Of a stretch of 64,000 nt of DNA, positions 50,487 to 59,188 are shown piece by piece. Under the pieces are notes generated by a model. That model ran no database searches and was not told the DNA's origin. It saw only the letters and a program-made list of their open reading frames with translations. Source of the DNA: a virus. Made by a program: the position numbers and the translations under genes. Within the stretch, counting starts at the first letter, position 1; every line of letters starts with the position of its first letter. Location of the stretch: positions 1-64,000 of IMG/VR virus record IMGVR_UViG_3300025674_000021; one strand, 5' to 3'.

Positions 50487-51517
50487 AGGTTGCTATCATT
50501 ACGGATACTCATTATGGTGCTAAGAAAGGATCTAAATCTCTTCACGATTACTTTGAACTCTTCTACGAAAATGTTTTCTTTCCATCTCTAGAAGAGCATG
50601 GAGTAAAAACTGTCATTCATATGGGTGATGCGTTTGATTCAAGGAAGGGAATTGACTTTCAAAGCTTAGAATGGTCAAAGAGGGTTGTCTTTGATCCCCT
50701 AAGCAAGTATGATGTCCATATGGTTATTGGTAACCATGATATCTACTACAAAGATACAAACTCAATCAACTCACCAGAGTTGCTTCTGAAAACTTACGAA
50801 AATATTAAGACCTATAAAGATCCTACAGAAGTTAACATTGGTGGGTTAAATATTTTACTAATTCCGTGGATTAATTCTGAAAATGAAGAAGTTACTTTCA
50901 AACTGGTTAAAGAGACAACTTGCAAGGTCGCGATGGGGCACCTTGAGTTCAGAGGATTTAAAGTTAATCGACAAATCGTCATGGAAGCAGGTATTTCATG
51001 CGAATTATTTGAGAACTTCAGTCATGTTTTCTCCGGTCATTACCACACTAGATCAAGCAACGGATTGATTCATTACTTGGGAAATCCCTACGAAATGTTC
51101 TGGTCTGATGTAGATGATCCTAGAGGTTTCCATATCTTTGATACTGAGACCTTAGAACTGACTACTATCAACAATCCATATAAACTCTTCTACAACATCT
51201 ATTACGAAGATACTCCGCATCAGATGTTTGATGCTTCTAAGTATAAAAATAAGATCGTAAAAGTTATTGTAAGAAAAAAATCAAGTCCTAAGGAATTTGA
51301 AAAGTTTGTAGATAAGTTATCGACTGCAGGAGTTGAAGATTTAAAAGTCATTGAAAACTTCAGTGTAGTTGAAAAAGAAGATTTTGAAGTTGAAGAATCT
51401 GAGAACACAATGTCTATTTTGAATAGATACATTGATGACTCTGACTTTGAACTTGATAAAGGCATTATCAAATCAATCTTTCAAGATATCTACAAAAAAG
51501 CGTGCGAGGTAGAGTAG
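50483..51517 (+). CDS. gp47: Recombination endonuclease subunit gp47 (Mre11/SbcD-like)
   Basis: DTHYG, GDAFD, GNHD, SGHYH metallophosphoesterase motifs. Confidence 0.95.
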   Translation: MKVAIITDTHYGAKKGSKSLHDYFELFYENVFFPSLEEHGVKTVIHMGDAFDSRKGIDFQSLEWSKRVVFDPLSKYDVHMVIGNHDIYYKDTNSINSPELLLKTYENIKTYKDPTEVNIGGLNILLIPWINSENEEVTFKLVKETTCKVAMGHLEFRGFKVNRQIVMEAGISCELFENFSHVFSGHYHTRSSNGLIHYLGNPYEMFWSDVDDPRGFHIFDTETLELTTINNPYKLFYNIYYEDTPHQMFDASKYKNKIVKVIVRKKSSPKEFEKFVDKLSTAGVEDLKVIENFSVVEKEDFEVEESENTMSILNRYIDDSDFELDKGIIKSIFQDIYKKACEVE

Positions 51518-51518
51518 T

Positions 51519-51785
51519 ATGTTTCTTCTAACCGTCAAAGATAATAAAGATGACGGTGCATATGCCGTTCAAGATAGGTATGGTCATAAAGTTCTCTTCC
51601 TCTTTCAAGAGGAAGATGATGCTACAAGATACTCACTTATGCTTGAAGACGAAGAAGGAACCTATATGGATGTAGTTGAAGTTGACGATGATTTGGCGAT
51701 AAAGACGTGTAAACTGCACAACTATAAGTATGCAGTGATTACTTCTAATGATATTGTAATTCCTCCTAAAAATGATAAACTTTAA
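51519..51785 (+). CDS. Conserved hypothetical protein
   Basis: GAYAV...LFQEEDDATRYSLML; between gp47 and gp46. Confidence 0.75.
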   Translation: MFLLTVKDNKDDGAYAVQDRYGHKVLFLFQEEDDATRYSLMLEDEEGTYMDVVEVDDDLAIKTCKLHNYKYAVITSNDIVIPPKNDKL

Positions 51786-53484
51786 GAAAATCCGTTATCG
51801 CAATTTCTTATCAACCGGAAATCAGTTTATTGAAATTAACTTCCAGCAAAATAGTACTAATCTGATTGTTGGAACTAATGGGTCTGGTAAGTCAACTATA
51901 TTAGATGCACTGACCTTTGTTCTGTTTAATAAACCATTCCGTAAGATCAACAAACCTCAACTTGTCAACAGTGTAAATGAGAAGGACTGTGTAGTTGAGA
52001 TTGAATTCGATGCAAACGGAAGACAATACTTAGTTCGCAGAGGTATCAAACCTAATGTGTTTGATATTGTCATGGATGGAAGCATCTTGCATAAAGAAGC
52101 AGATGATAGATCTAATCAAAGAATTCTTGAACAAAATATTCTCAAGTTAAATTACAAATCATTTACGCAGATTGTAATCTTAGGTAGTAGTACGTTTGTT
52201 CCTTTCATGCAACTTACTACTGCAAACAGACGTGAAGTTATTGAAGATCTTCTGGATATTAGAATATTTTCTTCTATGAGTTCTTTGATTAAGGAGAACC
52301 TTCGATACGAGAAAGATCAAATCAAATCTCTGGATCTTAAGAAGCAAACTCTGAAAGAAAAAGCAAAGATGCAGATCGAGTTCATTGAAGAACTTGAGAA
52401 CCGTGGTAAGCAGCAGATAGAATCTAACAGTAAAAAAATTGATGATCTTGATGAGGAGATTGTTGTTGCAAACTTAGAGAATGAGAAGAAGCAAAAAGAG
52501 TTAGAAAGTAAAGTTAAAGAACAAGAAAAACTAACTGGGTTCTCTGATAAGTTAGTAAAACTTAACAATATGAAGGGAAAAATTTCTCAAAAAGTTTCAA
52601 CGATTACTGAAGAGTATAACTTCTTTAAGGAAAATACGGTTTGCCCTACCTGTACTCAGGATATTGAAGAATCATTTAGAGTAAATAGAATTAGTGATGC
52701 TCAAAATAAGGCAAAAGAACTTAAAGATGGTTATGTTGAACTTGAGAAAACAATTAAGTCAGAACAAGAGAGAGAGCGTCAATTCAATGCCCTATCCAAG
52801 GAGATTACTAAATTAACGCATGGCATTTCTCAAAACAATACTCGGATTCAGTCCAACAGACGCCAAGTCCGAGATCTGGAATCGGAAATTCAAACAATTA
52901 CCGACAACCTTGCAAACAGAAATACTGAACATGAGAAGTTAGAAGAGTTTAAGAAAAATCTCCAGCAGACAATTGAAGATCTCTCAGAAAGAAAACAAGA
53001 AGTCGTTTATTACGATTTTGCCTATTCCTTACTTAAGGACGATGGCGTAAAAACAAAAATCATCAAGAAATATCTCCCTCTGATTAATCAACAGGTTAAT
53101 CGATATCTACAAATGATGGAGTTCTTCATCAACTTTAAACTTGACGAAGAATTTAATGAGTCAATCGAATCTCCTATTCATGAATCATTTTCTTATAGTT
53201 CATTCAGTGAAGGTGAAAAAATGAGAATCGATTTATCTTTGCTCTTCACTTGGAGAGAAGTTGCGAAGGTAAAAAATTCTGTCAATACCAACCTGTTGAT
53301 TATGGATGAGGTGTTCGACTCTTCGCTTGATGGATTCGGTACAGAAGAGTTCCTTAAAATTATTAGATATATAATAAAGGATGCAAATATTTTTGTTATA
53401 TCTCACAAAGTGGGATTAGAGGAAAAATTTGAGTCCGTAATCAAATTCCAAAAACAAAAAGGATTTTCGCAGAAACTAAAATGA
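51772..53484 (+). CDS. gp46: Recombination endonuclease subunit gp46 (Rad50/SbcC-like)
   Basis: GTNGSGKST, CPTC zinc hook, FSEGEKMRIDL, DEVFDSSLD. Confidence 0.96.
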   Translation: MINFKKIRYRNFLSTGNQFIEINFQQNSTNLIVGTNGSGKSTILDALTFVLFNKPFRKINKPQLVNSVNEKDCVVEIEFDANGRQYLVRRGIKPNVFDIVMDGSILHKEADDRSNQRILEQNILKLNYKSFTQIVILGSSTFVPFMQLTTANRREVIEDLLDIRIFSSMSSLIKENLRYEKDQIKSLDLKKQTLKEKAKMQIEFIEELENRGKQQIESNSKKIDDLDEEIVVANLENEKKQKELESKVKEQEKLTGFSDKLVKLNNMKGKISQKVSTITEEYNFFKENTVCPTCTQDIEESFRVNRISDAQNKAKELKDGYVELEKTIKSEQERERQFNALSKEITKLTHGISQNNTRIQSNRRQVRDLESEIQTITDNLANRNTEHEKLEEFKKNLQQTIEDLSERKQEVVYYDFAYSLLKDDGVKTKIIKKYLPLINQQVNRYLQMMEFFINFKLDEEFNESIESPIHESFSYSSFSEGEKMRIDLSLLFTWREVAKVKNSVNTNLLIMDEVFDSSLDGFGTEEFLKIIRYIIKDANIFVISHKVGLEEKFESVIKFQKQKGFSQKLK

Positions 53485-53615
53485 GCATGATTAAAATTTT
53501 CGGTCTCGCGGTAGTATTCGGACTACTAGGTGCGGGATTCCAGCATGGCAACATGCACCTTTACAATAGTATGGTTCCACATGTCCATGAGAATGGAGTG
53601 ATTCATTCTCACTGA
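53481..53615 (+). CDS. Small membrane/signal peptide protein with His-rich C-terminus, 44 aa; not in ORF track
   Basis: MSMIKIFGLAVVFGLLGAGFQHGNMHLYNSMVPHVHENGVIHSH; ATGA overlap with gp46 stop; terminator follows. Confidence 0.55.
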   Translation: MSMIKIFGLAVVFGLLGAGFQHGNMHLYNSMVPHVHENGVIHSH

Positions 53616-53626
53616 TGGTTCTAGAT

Positions 53627-53652
53627 AACGCCCCAATAAGGAGCGTTTTTTT
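53627..53652 (+). terminator. Probable terminator
   Basis: AACGCCCC-aataa-GGAGCGTT + T run. Confidence 0.6.
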
Positions 53653-53659
53653 ATAAATA
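53652..53659 (+). promoter_or_regulatory. T4 late promoter
   Basis: TATAAATA upstream of 53687. Confidence 0.75.
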
Positions 53660-53686
53660 TTTGAAAATAGTGTTCAAATAAAACCA

Positions 53687-55459
53687 ATGTATAATAAGAC
53701 CGAACGTGAGTTACTTGAGTTATACAAATCTGTTTACAACGAAGATACAGAGATAAAGGGTCTTCTGATTGAACTTTGTGAGAATTTTGAGTATGGTAAT
53801 AGTTTAGAAGAGAGAGCAGAATTTGTTGGAGGTGTAATCAAAGATGAGTGCATCTTTGAATTCTTAGATCTGGTTTCAGATGTATTTGAGATTGAGATCA
53901 AAGAAACCTTAACTGAAGGAATTGACCTGACAGAAAGAGCTGCATTAGTCAGAGGTCTTGTTAATGCACTTAGCAGAGGTGCTAGGAATAAAGCACTCAA
54001 GACAGCAGGAACTGCTGCAATGGGTAAGAGTGGTAACGTAATTAAAGGTGGTGCAGCATCTTCTAGCGTTAGAGCAGCAAGATCTGCAAGAGGTGCTACT
54101 ACAGCAGCAACTAGAGCACCTGGTGGACCAGCAGCAGCGGCAAATGTTAAGAAAGCTGCTGATATTAGTGGAGCAACAAAACGACTTCCTGCTAAAGGTG
54201 GAAGTGGCGCAAATAGTGTTAATGCTATTGCTCAGCGTAATACTACAAAGACCAGGCAGGCAGTTAACCAAATGCAGACCTTCCTTGGTGGTCTTAAGAA
54301 GACCATGAGGCAAAGTGCTGCTGCAGACAAGCTTGCTAAGGCAAAAGTAGGATCTACTGGTACTGGCGTTAAGGCAGCACTTCCTGGTGCAGCACCAAAA
54401 GCAGCACTTCCTGGTGCAAAGGGAACTGTTACACCTTTGAAGACAACTGCACAAGTAGGTGGTCCTATTGGTCAAAGAACTATCAAGAAACCAGGTGCTG
54501 GACTTCCAAGACAGGCACCAAAACCTGAATGGGGCAAAGGTGGATCAGGTAATTCTGGAATTCCAAAACCACCAAGACAACCAGGTGGTGCAATGACTAA
54601 GAGACCATCTAGCAGTATTGCAACTCCTGGTGTTCAGAAGGTCAAAGTCAAGGACATGGGTCCAACTGGAAGATCTGCTACTGACAAGGGAGGAAGAACT
54701 CTCAAAGGTGATGGTGTAATTGATGTAACTGCGAAGACAGTTTCTTCTAGAAAAACTACTGCACAACGTCTTAAGGATCTAGCAAGAGCTGTTAAAAATA
54801 ATAAAGGTAAGGTTGCAGCTGGTGCTGCTATTGCTGGTGGAGCAGCACTTGGTTTAGCTACCGGAGATGGTAAGAAAACTGCTTCGGGAGATACCGCTCC
54901 TACTACTCCATCTACAGCACCTGCATCTAAGGGTAAAACTGAAACTGGACTGGCGAATATTCCTCCTGCTGAGGGTCCAGTGAACAATCCAAATTATGGA
55001 AAACCTGGTTCCAAGGATAAGGCACCTGCACCTAAGGCACCTACTGGCGGAGGATCTAAAGCACCTACTGGCGGAGGATCTAAAGCACCTACTGGCGGAG
55101 GATCTAAAGCACCTACTGGCGGTGGTTCCAAGGCACCTGAAACCAAGAAGCCTGAATCTAAGGGAACTCCAAAGATGTCAAAAATGCAGCGGGATGCTGC
55201 AGAACTTCGTCAAATGAGAAAGAGATCTCAGGAGCGTATTATCGCTCAAGGTGGTACACCAGCAACTCCTCTTGTAAAAGATGATGTAGATGTATTTGAA
55301 ATCATCAAGGGTTACCTGATCGATGAAGGTTATGCTGGTAGTGAAGAGGCAGCACTCATCATCATGACTAACATGAGTGGAGCATGGCAAGAGAAAATCA
55401 TTGAGTCCTCCTGTGGAGGTGGTCACTCCAAGAAAAAGAAAAAGAAGAAGGGATATTGA
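53687..55459 (+). CDS. Low-complexity Lys/Ala/Gly-rich protein flanked by acidic domains; putative capsid-internal protein
   Basis: Acidic N-terminus ending ..LTEGIDLTE, long basic core, acidic C-terminal YLIDEGYA..IMTNMS..IIE, then poly-Lys. Confidence 0.75.
   Translation: MYNKTERELLELYKSVYNEDTEIKGLLIELCENFEYGNSLEERAEFVGGVIKDECIFEFLDLVSDVFEIEIKETLTEGIDLTERAALVRGLVNALSRGARNKALKTAGTAAMGKSGNVIKGGAASSSVRAARSARGATTAATRAPGGPAAAANVKKAADISGATKRLPAKGGSGANSVNAIAQRNTTKTRQAVNQMQTFLGGLKKTMRQSAAADKLAKAKVGSTGTGVKAALPGAAPKAALPGAKGTVTPLKTTAQVGGPIGQRTIKKPGAGLPRQAPKPEWGKGGSGNSGIPKPPRQPGGAMTKRPSSSIATPGVQKVKVKDMGPTGRSATDKGGRTLKGDGVIDVTAKTVSSRKTTAQRLKDLARAVKNNKGKVAAGAAIAGGAALGLATGDGKKTASGDTAPTTPSTAPASKGKTETGLANIPPAEGPVNNPNYGKPGSKDKAPAPKAPTGGGSKAPTGGGSKAPTGGGSKAPTGGGSKAPETKKPESKGTPKMSKMQRDAAELRQMRKRSQERIIAQGGTPATPLVKDDVDVFEIIKGYLIDEGYAGSEEAALIIMTNMSGAWQEKIIESSCGGGHSKKKKKKKGY
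55034..55129 (+). repeat. Four tandem 24-bp repeats encoding KAPTGGGS
   Basis: AA(A/G)GCACCTACTGGCGGAGGATCT x3 plus one synonymous variant. Confidence 0.9.
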
Positions 55460-55481
55460 TCCAGTTCTGAAACTGTCCACT

Positions 55482-55507
55482 AGCAGGTCTTAGGACCTGC
55501 TTTTTTT
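55482..55507 (+). terminator. Rho-independent terminator
   Basis: AGCAGGTC-TTAG-GACCTGCT + T run. Confidence 0.85.
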
Positions 55508-55539
55508 GTATGATGACTACATCAAACAAGAGACCCACC

Positions 55540-57672
55540 ATGACCGTCAACCAAGAAATCAAGTCCGGACTCGCCAAACTGCTTGCGATGGAGAACATCG
55601 TGGTTGAGCACCGCAATGTCGAAACTGCGTCGTTCGATGTTCAGAACCGCATCTTAGTTCTTCCTATGTGGAAGTACGCATCTGAGGACGTGTATGACAT
55701 GCTGGTTGGTCATGAAGTCGGTCATGCTCTGCACACTCCAGATCGGAACTGGATCGCTGAGCGTAAGATCCCTCCTCAGTTTGTGAACATTGTTGAAGAT
55801 GTTCGGATTGAGAAAAAGATCAAAGAGCGTTATGTAGGAATTGTTAAGAACTTTAATCGTGCATACAAAGAACTGCATGATCAGGACTTCTTCCAGATTA
55901 AGGATGATGATCTTGACGATATGAATCTTGCCGACAGAGTAAATCTGCACTTCAAGATCGGTATGCACGAAACAATTTCTTTTTCTGAAGAAGAATTGAA
56001 TGTTGTTAGAAGAATCGATTCCTGTAATAGTTTTGATGATGTTCTTGATGCTGCTGAAGAGCTCTACTTGTATTGCAAGCAGAAGATTCAGAATAATGAT
56101 CAGGTCAATTCGAATCCTAATCAATCTTCTAATGAACCACCTGGTGCAGGTGACATGATGGAAGTTGAGAATCAAACTCAAGATTCTAAGGATGACGATT
56201 CTGAAGAAGGTAATGCAGATCAGAAAGATCTTAATCAACAACCTGATCCTTCTTCTCATGAATCAGACGAAGAATCTCAGCCAGATCAGGAACCAGAAGC
56301 AAAGACAATGAATGCTTTTGAAGAGTCCATGGAACAGTTGGTGGACAAGATTGGTTCTGAGAACGTTTATCTTGAGTTTCCTGATATCAATGTTGATGAT
56401 GTGATTATTGATAATCAATTGATTCATGATAACTGTAAAGATATGTGGGAAGATATTGAGCACGAAGAACGTTGGTCTTCCCGATTCGAGCACATTGATA
56501 ATGCATATCAAGAATTCAAGTCAAGTGCAAAGCGTGAAGTCAGTTACTTGATCAAAGAATTTGAATGCCGCAAATCTGCAGATGCTTATGCTCGCGCTAG
56601 CATTTCCCGCACAGGTGTTCTGGATTGCTCCAAACTTCATACTTACAAGTACAATGAAGACCTTTTTAAGAAAGTAACTACATTCTCTGATGGAAAGAAT
56701 CATGGTCTTGTATTCGTTCTTGACTGGTCTGGTTCTATGGGAAGGGTTCTGCTTGATACAGTAAAGCAACTTTTCAACTTGATTTGGTTCTGTAAGAGAG
56801 AATCTATTCCTTTTGAGGTTTATGCATTCACCTGCGAATTTCCTAAAGGAGATGAACTCTTTGATGAATATGGTTGTTCCTCAAAATCTTATGAAGAGCG
56901 TGGTGGTCTTATTGAGATTCCTCAGTGGTTCTCTCTGATGAACATCCTCACTCACACTGTGAACTCAAAGGTTCTTGATGATCAGATGAAAAACATCTGG
57001 AGGATTGCCTATAGTTTCTCTACCTGGTATGACATTCCTACTCCAGTTGGAATGTCATTGTCGGGAACTCCTTTGAATGAGACAATGATTTCTCTTGATA
57101 AGATCATTCCTGCATTCAGAAAGCGGACAAAGGTTCAGAAAGTTCAATGTATTGTTCTTACTGACGGTGAAGCACAGTCACTTAAGTATCATGTAGATCT
57201 TTATGACTACCGTACTCATAAGCGTTATCTGGGTCGTCGTGGAGTAAAGACCAACTGCATGATTCGTAATCGCAAGAACGGCAAAACTTATTCCCTCAAT
57301 GTTGATTGGAATGAGCAGGTTGATGTGTTCCTGAGGTATCTCCGCGACAATCATCCTGATGTCAACTTCATTGGATTCCGTCTTCTTGAATCACGCGATG
57401 CTGGTAACTTCATTAGGAATTATTGTGGATACTATGGAGATCTTCATGATTCCACGATGTCATCCTGGAGGAAGAGTAAGTCCTTTACCATCACTACATC
57501 GGGGTATCACAAATACTTTGGAATTTCTACCAGTGCAGTGTCTGATGATTCTAAGTTTACGGTTCCTGATGATGCGACAAAAGCACAAATTAAAACTGCT
57601 TTCATGAAAAATTTGGACAGTAAAAAGACAAACAAAAAGATTCTTCGTGAGTTTGTTGAGTTGATTGCATGA
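55540..57672 (+). CDS. Metallopeptidase-motif + VWA domain protein (CobT-like partner of the AAA ATPase); start probably 55540
   Basis: HEVGH zincin motif, acidic linker, DWSGS MIDAS, SGTPL, LTDGE. Confidence 0.85.
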   Translation: MTVNQEIKSGLAKLLAMENIVVEHRNVETASFDVQNRILVLPMWKYASEDVYDMLVGHEVGHALHTPDRNWIAERKIPPQFVNIVEDVRIEKKIKERYVGIVKNFNRAYKELHDQDFFQIKDDDLDDMNLADRVNLHFKIGMHETISFSEEELNVVRRIDSCNSFDDVLDAAEELYLYCKQKIQNNDQVNSNPNQSSNEPPGAGDMMEVENQTQDSKDDDSEEGNADQKDLNQQPDPSSHESDEESQPDQEPEAKTMNAFEESMEQLVDKIGSENVYLEFPDINVDDVIIDNQLIHDNCKDMWEDIEHEERWSSRFEHIDNAYQEFKSSAKREVSYLIKEFECRKSADAYARASISRTGVLDCSKLHTYKYNEDLFKKVTTFSDGKNHGLVFVLDWSGSMGRVLLDTVKQLFNLIWFCKRESIPFEVYAFTCEFPKGDELFDEYGCSSKSYEERGGLIEIPQWFSLMNILTHTVNSKVLDDQMKNIWRIAYSFSTWYDIPTPVGMSLSGTPLNETMISLDKIIPAFRKRTKVQKVQCIVLTDGEAQSLKYHVDLYDYRTHKRYLGRRGVKTNCMIRNRKNGKTYSLNVDWNEQVDVFLRYLRDNHPDVNFIGFRLLESRDAGNFIRNYCGYYGDLHDSTMSSWRKSKSFTITTSGYHKYFGISTSAVSDDSKFTVPDDATKAQIKTAFMKNLDSKKTNKKILREFVELIA

Positions 57673-57677
57673 AGCAC

Positions 57678-57702
57678 AGGGAGGTTTAGACCTCCCTTTT
57701 TT
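57678..57702 (+). terminator. Rho-independent terminator
   Basis: AGGGAGGT-TTAG-ACCTCCCT + T run, followed by AATAAATA. Confidence 0.85.
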
Positions 57703-57733
57703 AATAAATACTTTCAAAACGCAAAAAATTACG

Positions 57734-57970
57734 ATGAGCAGATTCGGAGATTTAGTAGCGGGAAAGAAGGAAGCACCCGCACCTGCACCCGCACCGGTTG
57801 CTGAACCAGCACCAGAAACCGCCCCAGAGGCAGCAGAAGAAACAATTCCTGCAGTGATTGAGGAGATGCCTTCTCCAGAAGTTCCTGCCCCTTTAAACAA
57901 TCCTGTCTTTGAGATTCCATCTGCTCCAGTTCCCCGATCGACTAGAAGAAGAAACCGTCTCCGCAAATGA
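57734..57970 (+). CDS. Small Pro/Glu/Ala-rich protein (start probably ATG 57734)
   Basis: MSRFGDLVAGKK..; late promoter upstream, hairpin downstream. Confidence 0.6.
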   Translation: MSRFGDLVAGKKEAPAPAPAPVAEPAPETAPEAAEETIPAVIEEMPSPEVPAPLNNPVFEIPSAPVPRSTRRRNRLRK

Positions 57971-57992
57971 GACAGATTGAAAACTGGCACAC

Positions 57993-58020
57993 GGGGGCAT
58001 CGACAGATGCCTCTTTTTTT
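57993..58020 (+). terminator. Probable terminator embedded in a promoter region
   Basis: GGGGGCATC-gaca-GATGCCTCT + T run. Confidence 0.7.
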
Positions 58021-58052
58021 GTATACTTGAATCAGTTCAAACCCAATCGATC

Positions 58053-59159
58053 ATGGCACTCTCTGCCGACAACATCATCGCCACCCTCAAGGACCTTTAC
58101 GGTTCAAACGTCACCTCTGGTGACATCCGAGGGTTTTGTGCATCTCGCGATCTTAACTATCAGACCGTGACTAACAAGATTGCACACTGCAAAACTGGTC
58201 GTGGGCAGTGGAATCTTACCGTTCGGGAAAAAATTGAGCAAACCTATCAATCTTCTCCTGCGGTTATTCCCGCTCAGGAACAAAACCTTATCCCCGAAAA
58301 AGATGATACCTTCGTCAAGTTTGGTAATTTTAGTGACGTTAAAAAAATTATTCAGTCCCATCTCTTCTATCCAATCTTCATTACAGGACTCTCTGGAAAC
58401 GGCAAAACGTTCTCGGTTGAGCAAGCGTGTGCTCAACTGGGTCGGGAGATGATCCGTGTCAATATCACTATTGAAACGGATGAGGATGACCTCATTGGTG
58501 GATTCCGTCTTGTTAACGGTGAGACCGTTTGGCACAATGGTCCGGTCATCGAAGCCCTGGAGCGCGGTGCGATTCTACTGCTTGACGAGATTGACCTGGC
58601 TTCCAACAAAATTCTTTGCCTTCAATCAATCCTCGAAGGAAAGGGTGTCTTCCTGAAGAAGATCGGCAAGTTCATCAAACCTTCGTTTGGTTTCAACGTT
58701 GTTGCTACTGCAAACACCAAGGGCAAAGGTTCTGATGACGGTCGTTTCATCGGCACCAACGTTCTCAACGAAGCATTCCTTGAGCGTTTCCCCGTGACTT
58801 TCGAGCAGGACTATCCTTCTGTTGCTATTGAGCAGCGTATCCTTGAAGGTATTTCTCTGGATCTGGGTGTAGAAGACCGTGACTTCTGCAAGCGTCTTTG
58901 TGATTGGGCAAACTTGTCCCGTATCGCATTCAAGAAGCAGACCCTTGATGAAGTCATCAGCACTCGTCGTCTTGTCCACATCATTCAGGCATACTCCATC
59001 TTTGGTAATAAAGAAAAAGCAATCCAGATGGGTGTGAATCGTTTTGATGACGAGACCAAAGCACAGTTCATCGATCTCTACGACAAACTTGATGCTAATT
59101 TCGACATCAATGTTGCCCGTGGTGAAGAGACGGTCATTGACGAAAATGCCGTAGTTTGA
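58053..59159 (+). CDS. cobS: CobS-like / MoxR-type AAA+ ATPase
   Basis: GLSGNGKT, LLLDEID, ATANTKGKG, NEAFLERF, ISTRRL. Confidence 0.88.
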   Translation: MALSADNIIATLKDLYGSNVTSGDIRGFCASRDLNYQTVTNKIAHCKTGRGQWNLTVREKIEQTYQSSPAVIPAQEQNLIPEKDDTFVKFGNFSDVKKIIQSHLFYPIFITGLSGNGKTFSVEQACAQLGREMIRVNITIETDEDDLIGGFRLVNGETVWHNGPVIEALERGAILLLDEIDLASNKILCLQSILEGKGVFLKKIGKFIKPSFGFNVVATANTKGKGSDDGRFIGTNVLNEAFLERFPVTFEQDYPSVAIEQRILEGISLDLGVEDRDFCKRLCDWANLSRIAFKKQTLDEVISTRRLVHIIQAYSIFGNKEKAIQMGVNRFDDETKAQFIDLYDKLDANFDINVARGEETVIDENAVV

Positions 59160-59165
59160 TAGAAT
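59137..59165 (+). promoter_or_regulatory. Sigma70-type promoter
   Basis: TTGACG-17 nt-TAGAAT with extended -10 TGn. Confidence 0.7.
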
Positions 59166-59188
59166 GAGTTGTACCAATTTAAATTGTT

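Noticed and set aside
55034-55129. 24-bp tandem repeat as a CRISPR or regulatory array
   Set aside because: In-frame coding repeat (KAPTGGGS) without spacers
58053-59159. cobS as proof of phage cobalamin biosynthesis
   Set aside because: No cobN or other cob genes in the window; a generic AAA+/VWA role is equally consistent
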